The notes below the pieces were generated by a model. That model saw nothing but the letters and a program-made list of their open reading frames with translations. It was not told the DNA's origin and made no database searches. Shown here piece after piece: positions 10,500-22,857 of a stretch of DNA of 64,000 nt. A program made the position numbers and the translations under genes. The DNA lies in NCBI RefSeq assembly GCF_006345805.1, contig NC_043003.1, positions 108,500,001-108,564,000 of the forward strand, in the 5' to 3' direction. The stretch is from Octopus sinensis (taxonomy: Eukaryota). Every line of letters starts with the position of its first letter. Position 1 is the first letter of the stretch.

Positions 10500-11325
10500 T
10501 AGGGTGTGGTGAATAAACTGTTGTCTAAATTACGCAAAATGAAAATGACACAGACATCTCATTTTAACAGATATATTTATCAAAATTACATAAAACTATC
10601 TTGAAGTACTAAAGAGTAAATTTATTCAATAAAATCTCTATTGGCTTCAGCCATGGCCTCCAGATGATTTCAGAATCTCCTGCAACTCTTCTGGACAGTT
10701 TCCTTATTTAAGTTGGTGAATGCTGCCATCAGTTCATCTTTGGTGTTACAAGGAGTTTTGTTGGTCCCTTGCTCAACTGTGCCCCACAAATAATAATCAA
10801 ATGGTTTGCAGTGTGGGGAGTGAGGTGGCCAGATGTTAGGGGTGAGGTGGTGGCAGAGATTGTCTGGCAGCCATGAGTGGGTTCTATTTGTGTGGCACGG
10901 TGCAGAATCCTGTTGCCAGACACAGGGTCTTCCAGCCACTTCTCTCTTAACCCAGTGCAGCAAAACCTTTTCCAGGCACTTGATGTAGGCCTCTGTGTTA
11001 GGTGTGAGGCCTTGTGGGAAGGTGAATGGAGGCATAATGTTGCCATCAGTAGTGATCACTCCAGACACCATGATGTTGGTTGGATATTTGGTGTTCATCA
11101 CTCTTAGCACATGTCCTCAGACTGACACCCAAACACTCTGAAATGTTTGTATTGCAGCTACCAGCGCAAATGCCAAGCAGTACACTATGTTGTTTCAAAT
11201 TTCTGACAGAATGAATTGTGCCATGGTGCTGTTTTTCTCACAGATGGTGCCCAACTGACCCTACTATACTGTGTAGTCAACAAAATCAAAAGCAAACAAT
11301 GTGCATTCACGAAATTAAAAATTGT
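10500..11325 (-). mobile_element. Internally deleted maT/DD37D-type transposon
   Basis: ORF 10670..11110: WQQDSAPCH..WPPHSPHCKPFDYYLWG, 36 residues between the last two catalytic Asp; 3' terminal sequence AGGGTGTGGTGAATAAACTGTTG at 10501. Confidence 0.85.
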
Positions 11326-12779
11326 CACACTGAAATATGCAGAATGGACATGTTCACAATAGAGCTTACCTTCCATGCACAAGTGGCTAGTAATCAATAA
11401 GGTGTTGGCTTGAAATTCTAAACTGCATATGATCCTAGTGAATTCTGTGAGTTTGAGCCAACATTGCACCGTGAAATTCTTTCACACCAGTCATTATCAC
11501 TGAAATAGATTTTAAAAAAAGTTTTAGGTTAAACCAAGTGAAATAAATATACATTTTGTGATGATGAACTGAAAAGTATTCAATATAGGAAGGAATGAGT
11601 TTAAATTATTTACTCAGTAAATTTACAAATCTAAAGCTGATACCATAGGTTTCATGCAACTGATCACTGATGTATTGGTGATAAACTTCAACAAATGTGA
11701 TCTGTTTATAATTCTTTCTGGACCAGAAGTGTAGCCCTTACCGAAGATCTACAATGTTGCTCGACTTGCTAGAAATAGCAGCTAGATCATACATTATTAT
11801 CTTAACTATAAGGGAAAGGTACATTAGATAGCATAGTTCTATCAAAAAAAAAAAAAAGATGGTCACAGCTGGAATGCTTTTGGTCATAGGCTTTTTCAAT
11901 CAAGTTAATTTGGGGGTTGCACAAAACAACTATCTTAAAAACTGACCACATCAAACACTGTGACATTACTTTGGGGACACAAAGTCATCCCCTCCTCACA
12001 GTGGTGGGGACGCTGGCAACGGGTAGTGTCAGTGCTATGCCGTCGGGAACTTCAGTTCCTGGTAGGGCCACCCAAGGCGGATTGGTCTGACACTGAGTGG
12101 TATTGGGGCCACAACCCGGCAGACGGGGCTCTGGTGAAAATCCTCGGAGTGTCTGTTTCGGCAACCGGTGGCTCCTCGGTCGTTCTGTCCCTGCGTCTGC
12201 AGACAATCTGCGGCAAACAGGATGTCTCTACATGTGGGATTGTTGGGGACCGCTTGTGAAATTCATATTCCCACCATACTTCTTCCACTGCCATGGTTCG
12301 AGATGCCTCGAGGGTGGTGGAAGAAGCCAACTCAACCCACCCAGGGTGAATGTCATCACAAGTACAAGTAAATGTGACATTAGATAATGTAATCCTAGAT
12401 ATAAACCTAAAAAGATAAGATGGGCATGGCTGGAATGTCTTTAATTATAGATCTGCTCAATGACTATTGGCTTAAGGGTTAAACAGCAATTACTTTCTTC
12501 TTTACCAAAAAACTAAGGACAAAATCAACTTTGACATAATATGACCCCAGAAAGAATATATATATATTAAATTATTATATTAGGATAAATAATGAAATGA
12601 GAATTAATAAATATAAAGAAACACATAATTATAACAAGAACAATTTCTTTGAAAGGTACACAGAAGTCTTTAGAGAGATGGGGAGTCATGATTAATTGAA
12701 TGATGGTCAATGTATAACAGGTGTTATTTCATTTAAATGAACCCTCTGTGATAGTAAAACAGATAAAAACACCAGTCAA

Positions 12780-13712
12780 ATCAAATGAAGTTTCGATGCT
12801 ACAAAGTACATAGAAAAGTAAAGTATTGCATGGCAAATACCCAACAAGGGTCAACGATCCAGATTTGGGTACAATTATGGCCCATCACACTATAGCAACT
12901 CAAGATGAATGTCTGCCCACCAGAAGCTACCAAGCAAGCATTCTTGAAAATGGTGCAGACTCTGCCTGCTGCTTCTGTGATGGAACCAGGGAAACAACTG
13001 ACTGCTCCATTTCTGGTTGCCCTATGCTTACCTCAAATGAATGCATTATTCACCAAGATAGGTTTGACCAGTATATGCACTGGTTAATATGCTGTATGAG
13101 AAGAATTGGTGGGGAAATAAGCCAGCCAAAATAAGAGAAAATAAAGACTATCACCATTCTTTGGGACTTTAGTATCCAAACTGATTGAGCTATATAGGAC
13201 AATAGACCAGACATTGTGGTAACATATAATGCTGACAAAGCATGTCTGCTCAAAGATATGAAAATCCTAGCAGACTGCATCAATTCTGTAAAATTATATG
13301 AGAAATTAAGTAGATATAAGGACCTTAAACTAGAAGTCTCAAAATGTGGCATCTAAGAACAACAACTGTACCTGCAGTCATTGGAACTTTGGCGACAATA
13401 CCAAAAGATGCTCTCAAAGACTATGGCCAAATATCAGAAAACCCCAAGGTATCAGAACAACAAAGAAATTCTCATGGGAACTGTCTGCATCCTAAGAAAA
13501 ACATCGTCAACTTGAAAATACCTGATTCTCTTAAAACTGAGATATAACAATTTTAACAGAATCATAGTTCTCAGATTCTGACTTCATTTACATTCACTGT
13601 ATCATTACTAACCATAAATAATATCCATAATAAAACGTCAAACTTTATTATTTGAGGACTCTGGGTGAGACCTGGAACGGTTTGTATATAACAAAGCATC
13701 ATAAAAATAATA
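12780..13712 (+). mobile_element. 3' fragment of an R4/Dong-like non-LTR retrotransposon (CCHC-type motif plus restriction-like endonuclease)
   Basis: LHGKYP..IATQDECLPTRSYQ..C.FC..TRET; ILWDFSIQTD..NRPDIVV..EKLSRYKDLKLEVSKMWHLRTTTVPAVIGTL. Confidence 0.8.
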
Positions 13713-14599
13713 TCATGATTTTAGTTTTTAATGTCTTTAAAATTTACTAGTTTCACTAAGGGAGGAATTACAGGCAGTATTCTAATACTATGACTGATTG
13801 TAATGTACAATTTACGCAAGGAGAGAATTTCGTAACGCGAGGGCTGCTTGTTTCAATTGTTCTACCGCGCTGGCTACAAAATAAAACTGACAAACCAATG
13901 AGGCAGGAGTACAAACAGTGGAATAAATGTTTTGCCGTGAAGAAATGATGTGAGATAGAACCACTGGCTGGAGCAGTGAGGGAGCCTCTACATGGTCGCT
14001 TAACTTGCTAGAAATAACAGCTAAATGCCTCTCAAGTCACACCCACCGTCTTAAAAAACAAGGAAGAATACATTGGACAATGTAGTCACAGATTTGCAAA
14101 AATACAAGATGGTCGCGGATGGAACGGCTTTGATCATGAGCTTTGCTCGAGAAGAACTAACCTGAAGCTAAACAACGTTAATGTTGACGAATAAATAAAG
14201 AAAAAAACCCGCTAACGAGTCACTCGAAACGGTAGCAATAGCAGCCAAATTCCCCTTGGTTCACACCCAGACATCTTAAAAGCAAGGTTGTACATAATTA
14301 ATGATATCCTCCCAAATGCACGACGTTTGGAAAAAGAAAAGAAACGATATTCATTTAAAATTCTCGGCATTAATCGCTTTTACTACTAATAATATTAATA
14401 GCTTTGAATTGAAACCTATACATTTTAAATGTGTAATGGAAAGAAAAGGTGAACGTCAGGAATAGGTTATACAAAAATTTCAGAAGGAAAAAAACTCAAT
14501 TACGGATCCGAAAGTTAAGATTAAAAACGAATAATTAAATGTAAACATAAATAGTGGGGAAGCTGGAAGCAGCTAAGTTGGCTGGAACAAAAGACAAGG

Positions 14600-15200
14600 G
14601 TCAAAAATCTGTCGAGGCGTCGGGGTATTTGTTACTCTCAGCATGAATGAGTGAGCGGGTGCGCGCGCGAATAGTAGTGACAGTAAATACTACTCTTTCC
14701 TCCTCCTCCTCCTCCTCCTCTTGCCACTACAACTACTCCCTCTTCGCTCTTCGCATCCTATTACTCCCGCTCTAGCGTAAATCACGCAAACACACGCACG
14801 CACGCACATTAACAAGCGTGCACGCACGCATGCACACGCATTTGGTTACGTGTGTTATTTAATGGAGGTCACACGAGCACACACTCCCCTCCCACCACCA
14901 CCACCTCCTTTAACTCTTCTCTCCCTTCCTCTCTCTCTCTCTCACTCACTCACTCACTCACTCGTTCACTCAGTGTCGAGCACATGGGTTTTGTACGGTT
15001 ATAATGAGAATTATCCCCCTTCGTTGTGCGTCAACCAAGACAAGGCTCGCTTTTTAATTGGTCGCACGAAAGCCAAGCTGCGTTGGCGGCGGCGGAGGAG
15101 CAATACAAAGAACAACCGCACAACTCTCCACAATCGCACTTCCATCTTTCCACACACACACACACACGCACGCAATTTGGGATGGCAATCAATAAAATAA
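14600..15200. promoter_or_regulatory. CpG-rich non-repetitive segment; candidate promoter, enhancer or alternative first exon
   Basis: Many CpGs (GCGCGCGCG, GGCGGCGGCGG), (CCT)n tract, minus-strand CCAAT at 15057-15061; no transposon similarity that I recognise. Confidence 0.35.
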
Positions 15201-15358
15201 AAAAAGAAAGAAAACGACTGCTTTTTGTCAATTCTTTTCCAAGTCACAATGATTTTTGTTACATTTTTATTGCCTTGCATTTGTAAACTTGGCTTCACTG
15301 TTAAATGTTGGAAAACTAGATTTTAGTTACCTATTAAAGATCGGAACGAAAATGTTAC

Positions 15359-15416
15359 CTGATTAATATGCAAAATGCGGCAAAACAAAGACAGAAAATT
15401 AAGTTCACATCTAAAC
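15359..15416 (-). CDS. Candidate 58-nt coding exon (GLDVNLIFCLCFAAFCILI, hydrophobic)
   Basis: Strong acceptor TTTTGTTTTCCGCTTCTACTTTTTTCAG, donor CAG|GTAACA; open only in the phase-1 entry among the frames offered by upstream candidate exons. Confidence 0.4.
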
Positions 15417-15528
15417 CTGAAAAAAGTAGAAGCGGAAAACAAAACAACCCATCATGCCATTCACTAACAATAAACTTGAGGTATAAATATATTTTACATC
15501 ACACACGCACAGACGATATCTGAATAGG

Positions 15529-15575
<47 letters not shown>

Positions 15576-15584
15576 ATGGGAGCA

Positions 15585-15905
15585 AATGTGGGTATGTGGT
15601 AAAAAGTCTGCCTCCCAACCACATAGTCGGTCCCGGGTGCTGGGTTTAGTCCCACTGCGTGGCACCTTATTTTCTATTATAGCATCGGGCCAACTGAAAC
15701 CTGGATAGATGTGCTAGACGGAAACCGAAAGAAACCTATCGTATGTGTGTGTGTGCGTGCGTGCGCGCGTGTGGGTGTTTTTGTCCCCCAATCGGTGTTG
15801 GTGTGTTTACGACTTCATAACTTAGCGCTTCGGCAAAAGAAACCGATTGAAAAAGTACTAAACTTGAAAAAATAAGTACTAGGGTTGATTCAATTGAGTT
15901 GTAGG
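15585..15905 (+). mobile_element. tRNA-derived SINE, family B (GGAGTGGCTGTGTGGTAAG-type head)
   Basis: GGGTTTAGTCCCACTGCGTGGCACCTT..GACGGAAAC..CTTAGCGCTTCGGCAAAAG; matches 32055 and 44676. Confidence 0.8.
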
Positions 15906-16550
15906 ACTGAGCATGACCCCACCCCACTACACATAGGGGCTTCAAGATTAGTTGACCGGCTAAAAAGTAACAAACGCTTAACATCACATCTTAGCCTCAC
16001 CTAGTTGTCTCTCATTGATACACTCATGTACTAAATTTCCCATGATGGCTTCATTATAAGTTGCTTATGCCATATCCTCTGCAACGCCACACCTACTAAC
16101 TGGAATTTTACATAAAAACTTTCACTCCTGTAACATGGACCATACCATCAAACCCACCCCAAAAGCTCTATGGAAACACAATGTGAACTACTGCCTAAAA
16201 TTATCCCTCATGCCAAAATTCATCCTGAAAGTGACTTTATTCACCAACCCAACACTGCATGAAGTACCATGGATTTTTTAAATAATTTATGTGAAGTCTA
16301 TAGCTTATTTCTCCTCGATAGGCCCACATTATTGTACACTGCAGTATTTCACTTCTATTCCTGTTTTTGTTATTATTCTTATTCTATTCTATTTATCTAT
16401 AAAAAGATAAGCACACCTTATCTATTCTTAACTGAGTTTTATGTGTTAGCCCTACTAACTACTCAGACCCTCTGAAGAAGCCCAGGGGTACATCCATTAT
16501 CCAAGCCTTGTCTGTTCATCCCTGCATAACAATGAAGTGATGGAGATTAC

Positions 16551-16583
16551 CTGGAAGATTTTGTTGACTCTTGGCAGAAACGT
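16551..16583 (-). CDS. Candidate 33-nt coding micro-exon (DVSAKSQQNLP in phase 1)
   Basis: Acceptor TTCCTTACAG, donor CAG|GTAATC; symmetric, no stops in phase 0 or 1. Confidence 0.4.
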
Positions 16584-17107
16584 CTGTAAGGAACTAGTAA
16601 CTGCACACCCATTTTCATTTTTGCCCATCTATATTTTAGCAGATTTGTTTAAATAAAAATAAACCAAAACAAACATACATTACACGAACATATATAAACA
16701 GGAGATAGAAATATTACAGGCACTTCCCCACACACTAACTAAACATAGACACACATAGAGGTATACGTATGCACAAATGAAGATGCATACAATAGGAATA
16801 CAAAATACAAAATGGCTGACTGTAAGTAAGGAGAGACACACAAATACGAAAAAAGAAAGCAAAGGACCACTGATGAGGTCACAGGAGTGTGACAAAAGAA
16901 CTCTGGCCGAAATAAAATTAAGATGAATGTAAAAAAAAAATAACGCTGAAGCAAAGTAACACCAAATATATAGTACGGGTATTTTTATTGGCTAAACTGG
17001 CAAAATGACCATTCCTAAATACAACAATATCAACACACTATTTCACATCAACATTCTTGCAAAACAACTATATAAACATAATATATATATATATATGTGT
17101 ATGTATG

Positions 17108-17149
<42 letters not shown>

Positions 17150-17153
<4 letters not shown>

Positions 17154-17305
17154 GTTGGCGTTAGGAAGGGCATCCAGCTGTAGAAACATTGCCAGATTAG
17201 ACTGGAGCCTGGTGCAGCCTTCTGGCTTCCCAGAACCCCGGTCGAACCGTCCAACCCATGCTAGCATGGAGAACGGACGTTAAACGATGATGATGATGAT
17301 GATGA
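17150..17305 (+). mobile_element. RTE LINE 3' end with (GAT)n tail
   Basis: TGGTTGGCGTTAGGAAGGGCATCCAGCTGTAGAAAC..CCAACCCATGCTAGCATGG..TTAAACGATGATGAT. Confidence 0.85.
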
Positions 17306-17500
17306 TATGTGTGTGTATGTATGTATGTAATATTATATATATATGTATGTATGTATGTATATATATATATATATGTATGTTATATATATTTGTATGTATA
17401 TATATATATATATATATGTATGTATATATATATATAAGTGTATGTATGTATGTATATATATATATATGTGTATGTATGTATGTATAAATATATATGTATG

Positions 17501-17537
<37 letters not shown>

Positions 17538-17549
<12 letters not shown>

Positions 17550-17854
17550 TATCGCCATACTAATATGGCATTCTTTAAAAATAGAAAAAGCTGTCCGCTT
17601 AGTAGCTCCATGAGCCATCGCCTTAGTTAGCTATTGATACACAACTGTATCCATATACCTTCGAACAAGGGAGGTCAGTCGCTCCACACTATGACCGGCA
17701 GCTACAGACGCGTTCCCTTGTTCGAAGGTTATATGGATACAGTTGTGTATCAAATAGCTAACTTAAGGCGATGGCCTCATGGAGCTAATAAGCGGACAGC
17801 TTTTTTCTTATTTTTATAAGAATGCCATATTAGTATGGCGATAACTATTATTTT
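17538..17854. repeat. Long imperfect inverted repeat (~135-140-bp arms, 41-nt spacer); MITE or foldback-like
   Basis: 17538-17672 versus reverse complement of 17714-17854. Confidence 0.85.
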
Positions 17855-17914
17855 CCGGGAACGCTGCCGCTGTTCTCTTTTAGAGAGACTTATATTTTAA
17901 TATTTCTATTATAT

Positions 17915-17949
<35 letters not shown>

Positions 17950-17973
17950 CATATATACATATATATATGTATG

Positions 17974-18010
<37 letters not shown>

Positions 18011-18011
18011 G

Positions 18012-18405
18012 TATCATCATCATCATCATCATCGTTTAACGTCCGCTTTCCATGCTAGCATGGGTTGGACGGTTCAACTGGGGACTGGAGAGCCCGAAGG
18101 CTGCACCAGGCCAGTCAGATCTAGCAGTGTTTCTACAGCTGGATGCCCTTCCTAACGCCAACCACTCCGAGAGTGTAGTGGGTGATTTTATGTGCCACCG
18201 ACACAGGTGCCAGACGAGGCTGGTGAACGGCCACGCTCGGATGGTGTTTTTATGTGCCACCGACACAGGTGCCAGACGGCCACGCTCGGATGGTGTTTTT
18301 ATGTGCCACCGACACAGGTGGCAGACGGCCACGCTCGGATGGTGTTTTTATGTGCCACCGACACAGGTGCCAGACGAGGCTGGCAGACGGCCACGCTCGG
18401 ACGGT
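18012..18405 (-). mobile_element. RTE LINE 3' end with tandemly repeated 3'UTR units
   Basis: (CAT)n tail at 18012-18032; repeated TGTGCCACCGACACAGGTGCCAGACG..GCCACGCTCGGATGGTGTTTTTA units. Confidence 0.85.
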
Positions 18406-18474
18406 GTTTGTTACGTATGTATATATATATACATACCTATATGTTTGTTACGTATGTATATATATATACATACC

Positions 18475-18682
18475 AATGGCCTAGTGGTTAGGGCAGCGGA
18501 CTTGCGGTCGGATGATCGCGGTTTCGATTCCCAGACCGGGCGTTGTGTGTGTTTATTGAGCGAAAAAAACACATAAAAGCTCCACGAGGCTTCGGCAGGA
18601 GGTGGTGATCCCTGCTGTACTCTTTCACCACTCTAAAGGCGGAGCTCCAGCATGGCCGCAGTCAAATGACTGAAACAAGTAC
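18475..18682 (+). mobile_element. SINE family D head joined to a family-B/L2-type tail
   Basis: TGGCCTAGTGGTTAGGGCAGCGG..GGTTTCGATTCC head, then AAAGGCGGAGCTCCAGCATGGCCGCAGTCAAATGACTGAAAC. Confidence 0.7.
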
Positions 18683-18686
18683 AAAA

Positions 18687-18720
<34 letters not shown>

Positions 18721-18868
18721 TATACACATATATATATACATACATATATATATACACATACATATATATATATACACACATACATATATATATATATACA
18801 CATACATACATACATATATATATATATACTATATATTTATATAGTATGCATATATACATATACATATA

Positions 18869-18900
<32 letters not shown>

Positions 18901-19278
18901 ATGGGACCTTTATGAAAATAAACAAAAGACGAAAGCAGGTGGAATGCATAAATACATATATATATAAAAAAACACATATCTATATACATATATATATAAA
19001 TACATAGATATATACATATATATATAATGCATATATATATATATATATATACATATTATAATATATATATATATATAATAAATACATACACACATATATA
19101 TATATATGATATATAAATATACATATATATAAATATTATATATATAAATATTATATATATTAATATATATATATATATATATATTAATAAATATATATAT
19201 ATATATATAAAAAATACATATATATATATATAATACATATATATATACATATATACATATACATATACATTTATACAT

Positions 19279-19323
<45 letters not shown>

Positions 19324-19384
19324 CATAATATATATATATATTATACATATACATTTAACATATACATATATACATATATATATG

Positions 19385-19414
<30 letters not shown>

Positions 19415-19425
<11 letters not shown>

Positions 19426-19945
19426 TAAAATTCATTCTGTCTCTCTCTCTGTGTCTTCTAGGATCTCGGCATCCTCCATCCGATTCTGCTCAAATTTGAT
19501 ATGTAGATACCGACGGTATCAGGGCGTGTATAAGTCTTGAAAAAAATTTTTAAATGGATTCCAGGTGAGAATGCGATCGATAAAACCGTTTTTGTCCTGC
19601 TTTTCTTCCGTCAACCTGTACATAACTGCACCTTCCTTTTTTTGTTGTTTTTGTACTGCTTAAAGGCACGTTTATCTCCTGCCAAGCTTAATGTCAACAG
19701 CCTTATCATTACTGGTACTTTAAACTCTTCAGTTGCATATTTGTGTGAATAAAATCGTTTTTCTTTGGAATAGAAAAAAAGTCTATCTTTATTTCTTCTT
19801 TTGCTGGTGTCTCAAATTTAGGTTAAATCAGTGTTTCTCTAAGGAGAGGCCTATGGGACGGTAGGACAAGTTGTTTTGAGAAAATTTGGTTTAAATGTTT
19901 GAAAACTCAGCACCGTCCATTGGATGAGGGTATGTTTTGCTCGTA
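19415..19945 (+). mobile_element. Probable degraded non-autonomous Helitron
   Basis: TA-rich start, TCTGTCTCTC tract, CCGATTCTGCTCAAATTTG motif like Lep1/DINE-type elements, degenerate GCTCGT (cf. GCTAGT) end. Confidence 0.4.
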
Positions 19946-19957
19946 AATACATATATA

Positions 19958-20265
19958 TCATCATCATCATCATCATCATTTAACATCTGCTTTCCTTGCT
20001 GGCATAGGTTGGACGATTTGACTGAGGACTGGCAAACCAGATGGCTGCATCAGGCTCCAATCTGATCTGGCAGAGTTTCTACAGCTGGATGCCCTTCCTA
20101 ATGCCAACCACTCCGAGAGTGTAGTGGGTGCTTTTACGTGCCACCAGCACGAGAGCCACCTGCACAGGAGCCAGTCCAGCTGCACCGGCAACGACCTCAC
20201 TCAAATATTTTTTCACGAGCCATCGGCACAAGTGCCAGTAAGGTGACGCTGATAACGATCACGCT
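19958..20265 (-). mobile_element. RTE LINE 3' end
   Basis: (CAT)n tail; CAGCTGGATGCCCTTCCTAATGCCAACCACTCCGAGAGTG. Confidence 0.85.
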
Positions 20266-20274
20266 TGAATGGTC

Positions 20275-20307
<33 letters not shown>

Positions 20308-21159
20308 CATATATACATATAAATGAAACAAAAACGCAATAGAGGGCATTAAAATGTTCGGACAGATAGATGATAGACATGCAGATAAGAGAGACAACAA
20401 TTAGGATAGGCAAAAACAAACGAGGCGTTCTTGTCTTTCATCAGTCAAGTCCCAAAAGTCATGACTGTTTTGGGCAGTTACACTTGAGATAGATAGATCT
20501 GGTTGCCCCCAAAACGTCTAAGCTAGGAGAATTACACCCATTTGTAACAAAGCTAGCAAATGTGTATTGCTACAAAGACAAAAAAAAACACATAAAAAAA
20601 CGGAGAACATGGTACAAAATTATGAATATACATACACATATGTAAATATAAATAAATATATATACATATAAATATACACATATAAATACACACACATGTA
20701 TAAATATATATATATACATATATATATATATACATAAAGAGATATATATATATATATCACACACACACACACATTATATATATATATATATATACATATG
20801 CATATATATATATTCTATATATTATAAAAAAAACAATAAATACATATATATTATATATATACATATATTTATATATATATATAATATATATATTATATAC
20901 ATATATTTATATATACATATATATTTATATTATATATATAATATCTATATATAATATATATATATATATATTGGCCTGCTTGCTTAGACAGCGGCGGTGG
21001 CGTCATTCGAAGGCTAAAACATGCGAACGCATTGTGACCAGCGATGTGTAACAACATCTGATGGTCTGGTCGGTCACGTGATCACGTGATATATATATAT
21101 ATATATACAAATATAAATATATATATATAAATATATATAAATGCATATATATATTTCTT

Positions 21160-21305
21160 TTCTCTCCTAGCTTCAGCTCAGAGCTACGGCCATGCTGATG
21201 CACCGCCGTTATGCTACACTGTTATTACTGAGAGCCTCCTCCAATATGTCACACTTGGTGAAGAATGGAGTTTGATATAGCTACCCTCATTTGCACCTCT
21301 TGCCT
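21160..21305 (-). mobile_element. 5'-truncated 3' end of the CR1/L2-like LINE
   Basis: Aligns with 25115-25250 (CAGCTCAGA..GGCCATGCTGATGCACCGCCGTT..GAAGAATGGAGTTTGATATAGCTAC). Confidence 0.8.
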
Positions 21306-21317
21306 TCATATATATAT

Positions 21318-22312
21318 TGTTGTGGTTCGGCTGGTACAGTACTTCTTCACCTACTTTGCTGGCTTGGCGATTCAAAGTCTGGAATAAAAAGTTATAGTCC
21401 TTTGTTCACGGAAGAGTGATGGCTTTTGGAGGGACCCCTACCTCTTTTGCTGGTCATGAAAGGGTCAGGGAAACTACCTTATAAAAAGGAGCTGGAAGTC
21501 TGTAGATCAGTTCCGGCCGGAGAGATTGAGAGGCAGTCGGTATTTGGTCGTCAAAGCGAGCGGTTGGATTTAGGAGCGAGGATTTGGAATTCAGGGCAAG
21601 CATTTAGCAAGTTGGAGTTAGTGGTACTGAGAGAGATGAGGTGCAATATGAGACACTGGCTATTCTAGTAGGAACTAAGGTACGTGAATTGTGTATTGAT
21701 ATGTGAAGAAAAAGAAGGAAAAAGAATCGATGTAAAGAGACTGTTGAAAAGAAATGAGACAGTGAAAAGAGCGATGTATTGAAATGTGTAAAGACATTGT
21801 GTACAGAGTTGTTAAAAAGGAATTTAATGAACAATGTGAACTGTTGTGAATTGAACATTGATTTGTAATGTGAACTTATTTGTCTACGAACATTGTATAT
21901 GCCTTTAATGTGTTTTGAAACAGAACTGTTGTCTCCGGACAGTTTAAATGCTTTGATCTGTGGTATAATGTATTGACTTGTTTAATTCGACGTGTACTCT
22001 TGAAATGCTGTTGTTATTGAATTTGATGTGTTGTTACTTGCATGTTTAAATACTTTGATGTATCTTAAATATGTAATTGATGTTGTAACAATTGTAATAG
22101 TCATATAAACTAGTACGTTAAATGTGAGCCAATTGCCTTCTTTGTGTCTCTCTCGGTTGCCTCTGTGTCTTCTTCTTGTGGCTCCTGCGGTTGTAGTTGT
22201 TGTTGTCTGTCTCTCTCCTCTCCGAGTTTCCGTGGCGAACATTCGCTGATCGAACGGGCCTGTGTGAGGGATTCCGTAACAGCTTTCGTTCGACGGAGGT
22301 CCCCTCGTAACA
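21318..22312 (+). mobile_element. Candidate solo LTR (~995 bp)
   Basis: TGTTGTGG...CGTAACA termini (TG..CA), 4-bp ATAT TSD (21314-17, 22313-16), TATAAAAG at ~21480, no ORF. Confidence 0.55.
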
Positions 22313-22474
22313 ATATGAAAAACAAATATTCATACATATATATAATATATATATATATATATATAAATACATAAATATGTGTATATATATATATATATAT
22401 ACACACATATATGTATGTATAAAATAATAATATGAGGGAATATTATTCCAAACTTATTTTTTCTAATTTATATA

Positions 22475-22752
22475 TATCAGATGTTGCAACACATCGCTGG
22501 TCACAATGCACTTCACATTGTTTAACCTTCAAATGACGCCACCCCACTGGCTAAGCAAGCAGGCCAACAGAAGAAAGAGTGAGAGAAAGTTGTGGCAAAA
22601 GAGTACAGCAGGGATCGCCACCATTCCCTGCCGGATCCTCGTGGAGCTTTAGGTGTTTTCGCTCAATAAACACTCACAACACGCGTTCTGGGAATCGAAA
22701 CCGCAATTCTATGACCGCGAGTCTGCTGCCCTAACCACTGGGCCTTGCGCCT
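22475..22752 (-). mobile_element. tRNA-derived SINE, family D
   Basis: Minus-strand head GGCCCAGTGGTTAGGGCAGCAGACTCGCGGTC..GGTTTCGATTCCC; tail also present on + at 20990-21090. Confidence 0.8.
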
Positions 22753-22753
22753 C

Positions 22754-22791
<38 letters not shown>

Positions 22792-22792
22792 A

Positions 22793-22857
<65 letters not shown>

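Noticed and set aside
14850-15298. ORFs over the CpG-rich block (e.g. QAALAAAEEQYK, KLRWRRRR)
   Set aside because: Overlapping short frames on both strands start or end in simple repeats and none is recognisable; treated as non-coding.
16868-16915. CTGATGA..GGCCGAAA as a hammerhead
   Set aside because: Core and stem II are plausible, but there is no stem III/NUH site or stem I complement downstream.
19462-19564. Apparent + strand exon (TTCTAG|..CCAG|GTGAGA)
   Set aside because: Stops in all three frames, lies inside a Helitron-like repeat, and no partner + strand exons were found.
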